A DNA stretch of 64,000 bases from Acidobacteriota bacterium (GTDB lineage: Bacteria > Acidobacteriota > UBA6911), in assembly GCA_963664705.1 (NCBI GenBank), contig OY761556.1:5600001-5664000 (forward strand), read 5' to 3'. Each line of letters begins with the position of its first letter. Position 1 is the stretch's first letter. The notes under the pieces were generated by a model. The model saw only the letters and a program-made list of their open reading frames with translations. It was not told where the DNA came from and ran no database searches. The position numbers were made by a program, and so were the translations under genes. Positions 10,085 through 19,310 of this stretch are shown here, one piece after another.

Positions 10085-10645
10085 CTATTTGGCATGAGTT
10101 CTAGCAAGCAGTCGCCCAACCGTGGCAGGGTGGACTTTAAAAAGGCGTGCCGCATCAGCGGCAGTTTTATCTCCTTTTGTAACCATTCTGATAATCTCAG
10201 TCTGTTGTTGGGGGGTCAGCTTAGGTCTCCGTCCGCCAATGCGTCCTTCTCGTCGGGCAGCGTCCAAACCGGCTTTTGTTCGTTCCCGCAATATCGCCCT
10301 TTCAAATTCCGCAAATGCTCCAACCATCTGCATCATCATGCGCCCAGCCGGAGTCGTAGTATCGATAGCTTCGGTTAGGCTACGGAATCCGGTTTTGGCC
10401 TCACTTAATTTCTCCATGATTGTAAGAACATCGCGAAGGGAGCGAGACAATCGATCGAGTTTCCAAACTACAAGCACATCTCCTTTGCGCAGTTGTTCCA
10501 AAAGGCGATGAAGCTCCGGTCGGTCCCAGCGACCGCCTGAAGCCTTTTCACGAAAAATTCGCTCGCAGCCGGCACTTTTCAGGGCAGCAACCTGCAGGTT
10601 AGTTTCCTGGTCATTGGATGAAACACGAGCATAGCCAATAAGCAT
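10085..10645 (-). CDS. Serine recombinase (resolvase/invertase) with C-terminal HTH
   Basis: IGYARVSS, VWKLDRLSRS, AEFER and GRIGGRRPKL motifs. Confidence 0.95.
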   Translation of the reverse strand: MLIGYARVSSNDQETNLQVAALKSAGCERIFREKASGGRWDRPELHRLLEQLRKGDVLVVWKLDRLSRSLRDVLTIMEKLSEAKTGFRSLTEAIDTTTPAGRMMMQMVGAFAEFERAILRERTKAGLDAARREGRIGGRRPKLTPQQQTEIIRMVTKGDKTAADAARLFKVHPATVGRLLARTHAK

Positions 10646-10849
10646 TGCGTAAATGTATCGCCATTGCCTATATCAATGCAATACCTTTTCGCAATTCTGG
10701 AACCCTCTTAGATAAATGCTATATCTCTTTGTTGCAGAAAGGATCGTTTGAGCAAAGGGACTGTTGAATTCATGGCACATAACTTTAGGCAAGCGATAGC
10801 TACTTTTGATTAGCCAAAGCAAACAGATCCCGAACTGCATTAGTAAACA

Positions 10850-10886
10850 GGGGTTATTTCCTAGAAGGAACCGCAGGGAGGCCCCC
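10850..10886 (+). repeat. Cassette-boundary site A (degenerate)
   Basis: GGGGTTATTTCCTAGAA-GGAACC-GCAGGGAG; the left arm matches the family and the right arm is weak. Confidence 0.4.
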
Positions 10887-11005
10887 AGGTGAAGGAGATC
10901 CAAGAGATGTGCGCGAAAAGGGCGCTCCCGTCTTCGTCGCGGGTGCCGATCAGAAAGACCTGGCGGGTGAGGAAGCAGGCCGTTTCCGGCATAATGGGCT
11001 TCATC

Positions 11006-11431
11006 TTACAATTCCTCCACAGGCACGGTTGTATTGCTCAGACCGTGGTAATAATTGACCATCTCGGCTGTAAAGGCCAACACGCAGTAGTCTGGGTCGT
11101 CCACCCCTTTGGGATAATAAACCTCAAATCCCTCGCGCCAGAGCAGGGCCTTGGTCTCCCGGTCCGTGCGGACCTCCATGGTCCCTGTGAACAGCGCTCC
11201 CTTGAACTGCGGCCCGTCGCAGTAATAGACCGAGGCTTTTCGGTTTTTTAGAAACTGCTGCGCCCGCTTGGAACTGAGAGTTGTGGAAAAAAGCTGCGTG
11301 CGTGAGCTTTCATGTTCCAACACCAGCATGGCTTTGATCTGGGGGAAACCTTGCTCGTTAATGGATGCTACGTAGGCCACGGCGCTGCTTTCGCGCAACG
11401 CGCGGACTTCGGATGCAATCGCTTCATTCAT
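11006..11431 (-). CDS. Pyridoxamine 5'-phosphate oxidase-like FMN-binding protein
   Basis: ASINEQGFP, NRKASVYY and YYPKGVDDPDYCVL motifs; 4-nt overlap with the MarR gene. Confidence 0.85.
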   Translation of the reverse strand: MNEAIASEVRALRESSAVAYVASINEQGFPQIKAMLVLEHESSRTQLFSTTLSSKRAQQFLKNRKASVYYCDGPQFKGALFTGTMEVRTDRETKALLWREGFEVYYPKGVDDPDYCVLAFTAEMVNYYHGLSNTTVPVEEL

Positions 11432-11874
11432 TGCGTTTTTACCTTCCCTGTGAGGTTTTCAAGAATCCGGCGGAGCGCGCCCTCAAAGACCATGATCTCC
11501 GAATCCGTGAAGCCCTCGTAAAAGATGTTGTTCATTTGCCGGGATACGGCTTGGTAATCGTCCCTCAGCCCCCGCGCGTCTTGGGTCAGCCGGATCCGGA
11601 CCTTGCGGCGGTCGGTCGGATCCAGGATCCGCTCGATGTGGCCCGAGGCCTCCAGGCGGTCCAGCATGCTGGTCAAGGTCGTGGTGGCAAGGCCCGTCCG
11701 GTCCGAGAGGCTGCAGATAGGGATGCCGTCCTCCTCCCAAAGCACAAAGAGAATCCTTCCCTGCGCCCCGTTGAATTGGTCGATGCCGTGGGCGGCAAGG
11801 AGTTTTTCAAAGACCCGGCCTTGGATTTGCTTTATCTTGCTAATCAAAAAGCCGCCGTTCGTTTTTCTTTTCAA
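11428..11874 (-). CDS. MarR family regulator
   Basis: QGRILFVLW, TLTSMLDRLE and DPTDRR motifs; AGGAGG RBS. Confidence 0.9.
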   Translation of the reverse strand: MKRKTNGGFLISKIKQIQGRVFEKLLAAHGIDQFNGAQGRILFVLWEEDGIPICSLSDRTGLATTTLTSMLDRLEASGHIERILDPTDRRKVRIRLTQDARGLRDDYQAVSRQMNNIFYEGFTDSEIMVFEGALRRILENLTGKVKTQ

Positions 11875-12070
11875 ACCAAGCGCCTCCTCCTATATAGAAT
11901 AATACTATATGGTATTATAATAGTACATGGAATGCTTCTCACATGGTTTTTTGTTTGTAGGCGGAGTAGTGGCTGGTTGGTATCGACAGCTTGAAATCTC
12001 ATTGGCCAAGCTGAGGACCAAATAAAACATGTCAGCCTTAATGCCACCTTTGCTGATGGGAGAAATGCGA

Positions 12071-12119
12071 AATTGACATTTTGGCGTTATCTCCTCGAAG
12101 CCCGTTTTAAGACAATAAC
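12071..12119 (+). repeat. Cassette-boundary site B
   Basis: AATTGACATTTTGGC GTTATCTCCTCGAA GCCCGT TTTAAGACAATAAC. Confidence 0.8.
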
Positions 12120-12310
12120 TCATTTGAACCAACCTTAAGCTGCTCGAGTTACAAGAAACAGGCTATTCGCATATATATGCTAATAGCTGCCCTGGAAACG
12201 CAGATGGGCTTTGGTTTTCTCAACAGGTAACACGTTGGTAACAAATATTTGTTAACTTCTTATCCATTCGTTTTGTCCAGTTGCGCTTATTTGGAGTCGG
12301 AGGGCATCGT

Positions 12311-12793
12311 ATGAGAAAATTGATGTACCAAAAGAGCAATATGAAACTAAACATTTTCGTCTCTCTAATTATGCTGCTCGCTATTGTGAATTCTGGTATT
12401 GGAATTACATATTCTGCTCAATCATCATCCTCACCAACCTTGATTGGGCCTATAAAAGGAAAAGGGGGATATGAATTTTATTCTTGGCAGACGCAAGGAC
12501 GATGGAATTTTGCACTGCTATCTGCCACGAACATTCTAAAATCCGTGGAGCAAATCACGGTGTCGCCAGATACGGTAAGCGAAAACTATGTAAAACTGAG
12601 CGGTCAAGGCATTGAGGCCATCAAATCGCAGCTCAACCGGCTTCCCAGAAATGAGCATATTCTTTGGATTAGTAAACTGGCCCGAGTTCAATCTCTTGTT
12701 GATGCGGGGCCAATAGAAATGCCTTCGCAACCCATTATTGATGCGATTGCAGACCATTGCAAAAAGCTCGGTTTAGAGCTGAGTTTAGTGTGA
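12311..12793 (+). CDS. Hypothetical secreted protein
   Basis: Signal-like hydrophobic N-terminus; KGGYEFYSW motif; start codon uncertain (12311 or 12340). Confidence 0.7.
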   Translation: MRKLMYQKSNMKLNIFVSLIMLLAIVNSGIGITYSAQSSSSPTLIGPIKGKGGYEFYSWQTQGRWNFALLSATNILKSVEQITVSPDTVSENYVKLSGQGIEAIKSQLNRLPRNEHILWISKLARVQSLVDAGPIEMPSQPIIDAIADHCKKLGLELSLV

Positions 12794-12806
12794 GGAGGTC
12801 TTTAAT

Positions 12807-13232
12807 ATGAAGAAGATTCTGATTTGGTCAGCAATTGTTATCCTGCTGCTAATCCTGCCTTCGCTGGTTGGCAAGCTTCACCGTGCTAGCTATTCAGATA
12901 AACAACTTACGATCTTGTATCAGCACATCACTGCCAGGAATGTTAGATCAGCTAAAATCACTGGCGAATACCTGGAATGGGATGACCTTTCCGGGAACAA
13001 GTTCCAAACCACGATCCCTCCCGATAACGGCTATGAAATAGTTGAGAAGTTGAAGGACCATGGCGCAACCGTCAAATTTGTAAAATCCTCGGATATTTCG
13101 GGCTGGCCCATCATTCTAATTTCATGGCTGCCGCTGGTTTTAAACATAAGCATATTGGTTGCGCTTGTCTTTTTGATTATTTCGATTATTAAGTTAAGGC
13201 GTCAAACGGCTAATCCCTCGCAAAAACTGTAA
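12807..13232 (+). CDS. Stand-alone FtsH extracellular-domain-like membrane protein
   Basis: TM-periplasmic-TM layout with FQTTIP, EKLKDHG and LISWLP; no AAA domain; GAGGAGG RBS. Confidence 0.6.
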   Translation: MKKILIWSAIVILLLILPSLVGKLHRASYSDKQLTILYQHITARNVRSAKITGEYLEWDDLSGNKFQTTIPPDNGYEIVEKLKDHGATVKFVKSSDISGWPIILISWLPLVLNISILVALVFLIISIIKLRRQTANPSQKL

Positions 13233-13266
13233 TCCTATTTCTTTTAAGGTTAAACACTGGCGCGCG

Positions 13267-13300
13267 CGATTGTCCCGAAGTCCGATTCGGGGAAAGAATC
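13267..13300 (-). repeat. Cassette-boundary site C
   Basis: Minus strand: ATTCTTTCCCCGAA TCGGAC TTCGGGACAATCGC. Confidence 0.65.
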
Positions 13301-13365
13301 AGGAACTCATGCGAGCAGCAGTAGCGAGCCTCCGGGAGCACTGCACTCGTTGCCATGCGCCTGAA

Positions 13366-13869
13366 TCAGTTGACGAACGTAAGTTTTACCCTTTGCGACC
13401 GCAGGAAGTAGAATGTCCATATAGCACAGTGAATCGCGGTTCGTACCAGAGGGGAGGAATCGTAACCGCTGCCGGGATGGGCGGTAACAACGGCCACATT
13501 GTCGGATTGATTCAGGACTAACTTGGCAGCGTTTGATAGGAGTGGATGAAGACCGGCAGCTGCAACCATCACAACCAGCCATGCGATCATGATTTTGGGA
13601 AAAAGTTGTTTCTTTTTTACCAAGCAAAAAACGATTACCCCCTCAAGAATCAGTGGCACTGCGTTGAGCAAAAGCTCAGACGAGACAATGAACGCCAGTG
13701 AGTTTTGAAATCCATTGGAGCCCAAGCTGAAAGTTTCGCCTATGCCGCTATTCGAGAGAATATGGAAAATTGTATAAATTTGGTAAAAGGCGGAAATGGC
13801 AATCCATAGAACAGGAAAAATCAACCAGCCGCCAAATCCGCGAAGTTCCGATTGTCCTAAATCTTCCAT
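13366..13869 (-). CDS. DUF2569-like membrane protein
   Basis: GFGGWLIFP, KKKQLFP and IWTFYFLRSQRVKLTFV motifs. Confidence 0.8.
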   Translation of the reverse strand: MEDLGQSELRGFGGWLIFPVLWIAISAFYQIYTIFHILSNSGIGETFSLGSNGFQNSLAFIVSSELLLNAVPLILEGVIVFCLVKKKQLFPKIMIAWLVVMVAAAGLHPLLSNAAKLVLNQSDNVAVVTAHPGSGYDSSPLVRTAIHCAIWTFYFLRSQRVKLTFVN

Positions 13870-13988
13870 TCCAAGACCGTCCTATTTTGAGCAATGTAAT
13901 AGCTGGAGATTATTGCTGGAGCACCTTTGATGTCAATACTGGCATATGCTTCTTTGTAGAAATTGTCAGAAAGTAGAAGAATATCCTC

Positions 13989-14024
13989 CTTATTTTCCCT
14001 AAGTCCGGATATGAGAAAGAACCC
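13989..14024 (-). repeat. Cassette-boundary site D
   Basis: Minus strand: GG GTTCTTTCTCATAT CCGGAC TTAGGGAAAATAAG. Confidence 0.6.
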
Positions 14025-14054
14025 TGTTCGGAAGGATATGAGGTTGCAATCTAT

Positions 14055-14486
14055 TTAAACAAAATGCTCAACTAGATATTTGCCGATAGCTGTATCGAGG
14101 TCTTCCATTGGCGTGTAAAACATTTTCCATAACCGATCGTCATCATCGTCCGGAATCTCGCCTTTGTTTTGTTTGAATAATTCTCTGGCTTCCGACAGCC
14201 CAAGATAGCAATTAACCTTCCCGAATAGGGTCAATCCCAGCCTTACCTGCTCATCAAATCGCTCATCTAGATTTGACAAATAATTCTTGAATCCGTCGCT
14301 GCCAATCATTCCCCATGCTTGATGTGCTGCGATGATTTCTTTCAGAGGCGATTCGAACTCAGCAAGACCGTCCAAAAGCGATTCCTTGCTGAATAATATT
14401 GTCTCATACCAGCCGAAAAATGCTTCAAGGGCCTCTTTGGGATTATCTTTAGAGGCAATAATGCGTTCTCGCAGTCGTGGCAGCAT
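14055..14486 (-). CDS. Hypothetical protein, DUF4375/DMP19-like
   Basis: Acidic helical protein with DGFKNYL and LWKMFY; GAGGGA RBS. Confidence 0.55.
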   Translation of the reverse strand: MLPRLRERIIASKDNPKEALEAFFGWYETILFSKESLLDGLAEFESPLKEIIAAHQAWGMIGSDGFKNYLSNLDERFDEQVRLGLTLFGKVNCYLGLSEARELFKQNKGEIPDDDDDRLWKMFYTPMEDLDTAIGKYLVEHFV

Positions 14487-14566
14487 AAAAGATCCCTCAA
14501 AAGCGCTAAGCTCACTGTGTGACCGACTCTGATCGATTCAGTTTGAAATTTTAACACGAAACGATC

Positions 14567-14608
14567 GTTACTTTCCTGAAGTCGCATTCGCGGAGATAAC
14601 GCCAAATT
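14567..14608 (-). repeat. Cassette-boundary site E
   Basis: Minus strand: AATTTGGC GTTATCTCCGCGAA TGCGAC TTCAGGAAAGTAAC. Confidence 0.85.
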
Positions 14609-14802
14609 GTATATCTGCCACCATTAATGCTACATTCTACGCCAATCTACCCTTCTAGGATCGCCTTTTAATGGGAACTGGGCTAGATAATCGACCGTAT
14701 CATTAAGTATGAAATCATCTTCTTAGCGCTGGTAGGTGGACCCGGAGAAGTTGTTCGTCATAGCTCGTGGCTGACATACAATCTATCAAAAAGGAGCATA
14801 GA

Positions 14803-15555
14803 ATGCGCATCCGGTACCTGCTGCTTCTTGCTGCTCTCACGATCGCTCTTCAACACGGAATTACAAAAGACAAAATACTGAAGGAAAAGATTAACTCTGG
14901 CGATCGGGAGCGGAGCTATGTACTTTTCGTTCCAGAATCAATAGATCCAAACAAACCTGCACCTTTACTGATTACTTTGCACGGTTCCGGCCGCGATGGC
15001 TCGAGCCTGGTGGATCCTTGGAAGAAGCTGGCGAGAGAGAAGGGAATTATTCTTGCGGGTCCAAACGCATTGAGTTCTGGTGCCTGGATTACACCCACGG
15101 ACGGGCCCGTCTTCCTGCGGGATGTTGTCGATGCAGTGAAGGCCCGCTTCAGTATCGATTCAAAACGCGTGTACCTCTTCGGCCATTCCGGCGGAGGCGG
15201 TTTTGCAATCATTAATTCGATTTTAGAACCAAACTATTTTGCAGCCGCCGCAGTCCATGCTGGGGCTTTGCCGGTCCCAGAACAATTGGCTTCCTTCTTA
15301 CCGGCATCTCGAAGGGTCCCAATTTCAATTTGGGTGGGAGATCGCGATCCGTTCTTCCCCATGTCCGCCATGAAACCCACTGTGAATTTTCTACAGATCA
15401 ACGGATTTCCGGGGCAGTTTTCAGTATTGTTGAATCACGCCCACAATTACTACGGCATCGCAGATCGCGTGAACAAAGAGGCCTGGTTATTTCTTGAATC
15501 ACATGTCCTTGAAAATGAACCTGAATGGAACGAAATTCTTTTCAAAGAACGCTAA
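14803..15555 (+). CDS. Secreted alpha/beta hydrolase (PHB-depolymerase/esterase-like)
   Basis: LHGSG oxyanion motif, GHSGGG nucleophile elbow, GDRD and HAH. Confidence 0.85.
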   Translation: MRIRYLLLLAALTIALQHGITKDKILKEKINSGDRERSYVLFVPESIDPNKPAPLLITLHGSGRDGSSLVDPWKKLAREKGIILAGPNALSSGAWITPTDGPVFLRDVVDAVKARFSIDSKRVYLFGHSGGGGFAIINSILEPNYFAAAAVHAGALPVPEQLASFLPASRRVPISIWVGDRDPFFPMSAMKPTVNFLQINGFPGQFSVLLNHAHNYYGIADRVNKEAWLFLESHVLENEPEWNEILFKER

Positions 15556-15656
15556 GTACTGCCGTACTGGCCGCCCTTTCTTCGGCCAACGAATATTGCG
15601 ATGCTACAAAAGGCGAGAACCTTATCGAAGGGGGAAAACTGCGCAATTTTCATCGT

Positions 15657-15705
15657 GACGCTCCCATGATGTCGCGATCGGGGAAATTGTGCCAAAATGC
15701 TAATT
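15657..15705 (-). repeat. Cassette-boundary site F
   Basis: Minus strand: AATTAGCATTTTGGC ACAATTTCCCCGAT CGCGAC ATCATGGGAGCGTC. Confidence 0.7.
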
Positions 15706-15772
15706 TGCAGTCGTCCATGATGTGAGGAGGATGTTATAGTTGCGCGGTCCCACATCCCGCATGAGGAGTTCA

Positions 15773-16345
15773 ATGAAGAAATTATTTTTTATATTCTTTT
15801 TGTTCTCATCTTTGCCGGCAATTCTAGCCGCCCAAGAGGCACCCAAGTTTGAGGCATTCCTCGGTTATTCGCATTTCCGGATGCCAAGTGGATTTGATCT
15901 TGACGAGCTTTATCCAACCACAGAAGAAGCAAGGTTAAGTGGATTCGATATCACTATTACATGGAACATAAACCGATGGCTTGGTGCAGATGCCGATTTC
16001 GGGCATTATGATGGCAAGGTCAATTCAATGTTTGTAAAGACCGGTCGAATCAGCAGCCAAGACGCTTCAATCACCTCATATTTGTTTGGTCCCCGCGTGT
16101 TTTATCGCGTGAATCGATTTACTCCATTTGTCCATTCCTTATTCGGCGGTATGGCGTTAGGACGTGGACCGTACACTGGAAATGGGAGATCCGCAGCGGG
16201 TATTGCACTCGGGGGAGGCGTCGATATCAGCGTTGCCAGGCACTTTTCAGTTCGCGCAATTCAGGCTGATTACGTGAGAAGCGACTTTGTTCCAACGGGG
16301 CAAAATAATCTACGGTTATGCATTGGCGGAGTCCTTCGCTTCTGA
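15773..16345 (+). CDS. Outer-membrane beta-barrel protein
   Basis: Signal peptide; FLGYS, YLFGPR, PFVHSLFG and GGGVD; ends in Phe. Confidence 0.85.
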   Translation: MKKLFFIFFLFSSLPAILAAQEAPKFEAFLGYSHFRMPSGFDLDELYPTTEEARLSGFDITITWNINRWLGADADFGHYDGKVNSMFVKTGRISSQDASITSYLFGPRVFYRVNRFTPFVHSLFGGMALGRGPYTGNGRSAAGIALGGGVDISVARHFSVRAIQADYVRSDFVPTGQNNLRLCIGGVLRF

Positions 16346-16425
16346 GGTCGAGCCTTGGGGAATCTTACCGGCAAATATAAGTTAAGCCGCCGGTCTGATA
16401 CGCTTGGGTGTCACAGGATGGAATT

Positions 16426-16474
16426 GCCGTTGTCCTGAAATCAGCTTTGCCGAGATAGCGCCAAAATGGTAATT
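16426..16474 (-). repeat. Cassette-boundary site G
   Basis: Minus strand: AATTACCATTTTGGC GCTATCTCGGCAAA GCTGAT TTCAGGACAACGGC. Confidence 0.8.
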
Positions 16475-16525
16475 GACCTGTTTCAGAACTGTTTTCAACT
16501 TATCTGAAGCCTATAGGTTGGCGGC

Positions 16526-17290
16526 TCAATTTTCAGTTGGAATCCGCTTCGCATGATCGACGACTAGCATTTCAACCGGCGCTCTTCCAGGCTCCAGTTT
16601 CAACCCAAGCTGCTCCTGAATTGCGGTAAAAAGGCTCGGACCAGGTTGATTGCTGTCCTCTCCGTCTTCTGGAGTCCATTTCAGGCTGATGTCGAATGTC
16701 CCTGCCAATCCCGTGCGATCCACCACCTGGCATCCAGCAACGAACGACAAACTACCGGCAAGTGTTCCGATGAGCATGGACTTTCCAAATATTCCGCCGC
16801 GAAAGACCCTAACCGCCGGGCTTTCCCCGCGCACCTGTTCAGCCTCTTGGCCGCTATCCGTCTTTGGCACTTCCTTGAGCTTCGGCCCATTTTTTCCCAG
16901 CACCAGAAAGTACACTCGCTGCACTTTCATCTCTCGGTGGACCGACAGATTGAATCGTTCCGACAACAGTGCCCGCAACATGGCCGGAACTCGATCCTTC
17001 GGAGTGCCTGGAGGCAATTTTGCGGACAATCCATAGAATTGCTCATCCAGCCACTCGGGGCCACCCGTAACCAGGGGGCTGTCGAAGCCGTATGCGACAC
17101 TAATCAGGTTCTTGAGAGTGACGTTCGAATACCGCACCATGGCCGGATCGGAATCCATGGCGAAGAAAGCCGCGGTTCCCGTTTGCGGTTGGGCAAGCTT
17201 TACCGACGCTACTTCAAATGCCGCCGGTGCCTGCGGCCAGGCCGGAACAGATACGCAGCACAGAACGAGGGCGAGGACAATCTCTCTCAT
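16526..17290 (-). CDS. TIGR03435/DUF3738 family protein (Acidobacteria-expanded)
   Basis: AFEVASVK, GGPEWL, LLSERF, VVDRTGL, SLFTAIQEQLGLKLE and PTEN motifs. Confidence 0.92.
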   Translation of the reverse strand: MREIVLALVLCCVSVPAWPQAPAAFEVASVKLAQPQTGTAAFFAMDSDPAMVRYSNVTLKNLISVAYGFDSPLVTGGPEWLDEQFYGLSAKLPPGTPKDRVPAMLRALLSERFNLSVHREMKVQRVYFLVLGKNGPKLKEVPKTDSGQEAEQVRGESPAVRVFRGGIFGKSMLIGTLAGSLSFVAGCQVVDRTGLAGTFDISLKWTPEDGEDSNQPGPSLFTAIQEQLGLKLEPGRAPVEMLVVDHAKRIPTEN

Positions 17291-17373
17291 TGTTTCTACT
17301 CCTGCCGCTTTGGCTCCCAGAATACTCTATCCTACAGTTTCCTATTTTTATCAACAGAGTATCATCGGTCCTG

Positions 17374-17421
17374 GATTGTTCATGAAAAATCGCGTGCGAA
17401 GATAACTCCAGAATGGTAATT
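17374..17421 (-). repeat. Cassette-boundary site H
   Basis: Minus strand: AATTACCATTCTGGA GTTATCTTCGCACGCGATTTTTCATGAACAA. Confidence 0.7.
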
Positions 17422-17627
17422 GCCGTTTGGGGTCTTCTCACCGGTTGGATGCTCCTCTGATTGCGTTTCTCGAACCCGTGACGGATTACCCCCTTTATTT
17501 CATTTAAACACTCTCGAACTGCAACGAAGTCACATCCAACAAACTTTTTAGGAACTCACGAAAACATTGCTGTAATATGGGATCCTTTAAATGCGTAATG
17601 GACAGCCGAAATGAAAGGGATTTCTTA

Positions 17628-18008
17628 ATGGAATTTGCGTTAAGAGCTTTCATCCTTCTGGATGGCAAGATCAAGCGATTCGGAGTAAGCCGCTTGTCTC
17701 GGATTCACAACGATCTCATGCCTGAATATGCTGGGCTGAAAATTCCATATGCGATTCTTGTGTTCGAACGTGAAGAAGGAAAACTTGGAGATCTGCGTTA
17801 CCACGAATGCGGGTACCTTGTCTTTGACAATGAGGGAAAGTTGGATGAGAGCAAGGGGCTAAATCATCTCCGGTTGGTTCAGGCTGGCGAAAACGATCCC
17901 AAATCATTTGCCGCCAGGAGAGCGGAACAGGTCCGGCGGGAAAATACATGGTATGCCAGCGGCGACCAACTGAGTCAAATGATCGCACAAGCCAAACAAA
18001 GGAAATAG
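17628..18008 (+). CDS. Hypothetical 126-aa protein, paralog of 36915-37295
   Basis: Ungapped alignment to 36915-37295 sharing PEYAGxKIPYA, DLRY, GYLVFD and QMIA. Confidence 0.8.
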   Translation: MEFALRAFILLDGKIKRFGVSRLSRIHNDLMPEYAGLKIPYAILVFEREEGKLGDLRYHECGYLVFDNEGKLDESKGLNHLRLVQAGENDPKSFAARRAEQVRRENTWYASGDQLSQMIAQAKQRK

Positions 18009-18113
18009 CTATTCTAAATTAAAGTTCCCGGATAAATTGTGTTCAAGGAGATCCGCTGAGGACGGCGACAAGGGAAACTTCCATTTTGGATCAAAATCGT
18101 CATCGGCGGCAGT

Positions 18114-18148
18114 AATTACCATTTTGGCGTTATCTCCGCGAACGCGAC
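18114..18148 (+). repeat. Cassette-boundary site I, left part (right arm at 21585-21598)
   Basis: AATTACCATTTTGGC GTTATCTCCGCGAA CGCGAC | element | TTCCTGGGACCTTG. Confidence 0.85.
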
Positions 18149-18173
18149 ATAACCGGCCAATCGCTGCCCGTTT

Positions 18174-19310
18174 TTAGGCTCTGCGGAGTTTGCCCGCCTC
18201 TTTGATTATCTTGGTAAGGCGATTGGAGAGTCGGTTGAGGCATTTGCGTTCAACACCAATCGGCAGTCCGCGCCGAAACATCTCCATTGCACGTTGAGTG
18301 GCGTGCAATGAATCGATTACCCCATCTAAACCAGTTCGAATGGGATCTGACGGTCTCGGTTGAGGAACCAGGTGTCGGGGTTTTGAATGAGCCAGTTGAA
18401 ACTCTCTCTGAAGGTCTTTCAACGCCACTTCGATATAGAGCATTGTCATGTCCGGAGAAGTGTGGCCGAGTAATTTCATCAGTACAGGAAAACTGACGCC
18501 GGAGCGAAGCATCTCTGTGGCATAGGTGTGGCGAAACTGGTGTGGAACAATGCGAGTGGAGATTTCGAGAGAGTAACAAACTTCATGCAGATAATCGCGA
18601 AGTTGACGAACGAGAGCATACTTGGTGCTAGGCCGTGCAAGCAGTCGACCGTCAGGAGGACACGGATCTAGAAAACGAAAGAATCGCAAGCGTTGGATAA
18701 TCGCGACTATCGACGAATCCACCGGGACCATCCGTTCTGTTTTGAGTTTACCAAGTGGTACGTGAATGGCCCACTGGCGGAGACCGGTCGAGCGGAGGCA
18801 ATCGACGGGCAAATCGGCGCACTCGCCAATGCGCATGCCGGTATGGCGGAGGAGCAGAAAGACATTCGATCCCAGATCGTTGCGCTTGAGGAACTCCTTC
18901 TGCAGAAGCTGATCCTGTTCGGCGGTGAGCGGACGTGCAAGTCTGTGCGGGCGGCGAGGGATATCTTCACGACGAATCAAGCGGGCGACTTGAGGAAGCT
19001 GTTTGGTCCACGCCAGTTCTATGAACAGAGGGCGTAAAGCGATGAGCTTACCGATATAGGTGGATGTGGCGAGCGGAGGCGTCTGGGCGCGCAAGTGGGA
19101 CATCCAGCCGAGGAGGTGTGGCTCCCGCCGCAGTTGTTCGAGAGAATTCACCTCGGGGAAATGGGCGCCCAGATAAGTAAGGAAGTTGCGTACGGTCCCG
19201 CGATACTGGACCTGGCTTGCTGAGCCGAGCGCAATACAGAGCGAATCGACCGCGCGATCAAAGACATCAACCAGTGGATGTGAGAGGGGAGGACGCCAGG
19301 AGCGTTTCAT
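18174..19310 (-). CDS. Tyrosine recombinase B (copy 1)
   Basis: GMRIGE, GKLK, PHQFRH, LLGH and MLY give a complete R-K-H-R-H-Y set; helical C-terminal extension. Confidence 0.92.
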   Translation of the reverse strand: MKRSWRPPLSHPLVDVFDRAVDSLCIALGSASQVQYRGTVRNFLTYLGAHFPEVNSLEQLRREPHLLGWMSHLRAQTPPLATSTYIGKLIALRPLFIELAWTKQLPQVARLIRREDIPRRPHRLARPLTAEQDQLLQKEFLKRNDLGSNVFLLLRHTGMRIGECADLPVDCLRSTGLRQWAIHVPLGKLKTERMVPVDSSIVAIIQRLRFFRFLDPCPPDGRLLARPSTKYALVRQLRDYLHEVCYSLEISTRIVPHQFRHTYATEMLRSGVSFPVLMKLLGHTSPDMTMLYIEVALKDLQREFQLAHSKPRHLVPQPRPSDPIRTGLDGVIDSLHATQRAMEMFRRGLPIGVERKCLNRLSNRLTKIIKEAGKLRRA

